Assembly: GCA_963771045.1 (NCBI GenBank)
Contig: CAVYRW010000004.1
Location: 1,824,001 to 1,888,000 of the forward strand
DNA length: 64,000 bases
DNA from: Waddliaceae bacterium
Lineage (GTDB): Bacteria > Chlamydiota > Chlamydiia > Chlamydiales > SLFE01
Direction: 5' to 3'
Numbering within the stretch: the first letter of the stretch is position 1; each line of letters opens with the position of its first letter. The notes under the pieces were generated by a model that had not been told where the DNA came from, did no database searches, and saw only the letters and a list, made by a program, of their open reading frames with translations. The position numbers and the translations under genes are program-made. Positions 63,966-64,000 of this stretch are shown here, one piece after another.

Positions 63966-64000
63966 AAAAACGCCTCCTTTTTTATTAATTACATAATTAT

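Overview
64-kb bacterial window, most consistent with an environmental Chlamydiae (amoeba/protist-symbiont type) genome. This is inferred from an Inc-like protein, eukaryote-like kinases, a PP2C, a type II PI4-kinase, a DHCR24-like enzyme and Aas; no marker gene is present. Left half: potABCD, orphan/Inc-like genes, a sterol-reductase-like FAD enzyme, an RND pump, three exported glycosyltransferase-like genes, a cytochrome P450, an LMF1-like gene, aceB-aceA, EmrAB-TolC and ackA-xfp. The 35-44 kb minus-strand block is a putative effector island: GIY-YIG nuclease with an NLS-like insert, Ser/Thr kinase, PI4K-II, pseudokinase and a signal-peptide choline-kinase-like protein. It is followed by a large coiled-coil protein with a 168-bp tandem array, YhhQ and Aas. 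The best candidate for a new system is 51.8-60.3 kb: an ectoine-catabolic cluster (EamA, eutD, eutC, eutB, eutE) in which a PLP gamma-lyase and eutE are tightly coupled to thrB-thrC in place of thrA, suggesting an ectoine-to-homoserine-to-threonine route. Two families of ~150-bp palindromic (MITE/RPE-like) elements are present. One sits in a duplicated TTAA at the potA/potB junction and now supplies the potB start codon and RBS. Many genes beyond ~35.9 kb carry single-base frameshifts that look like long-read errors, so their coordinates are reconstructions. No rRNA, tRNA, CRISPR array or transposase was recognised.
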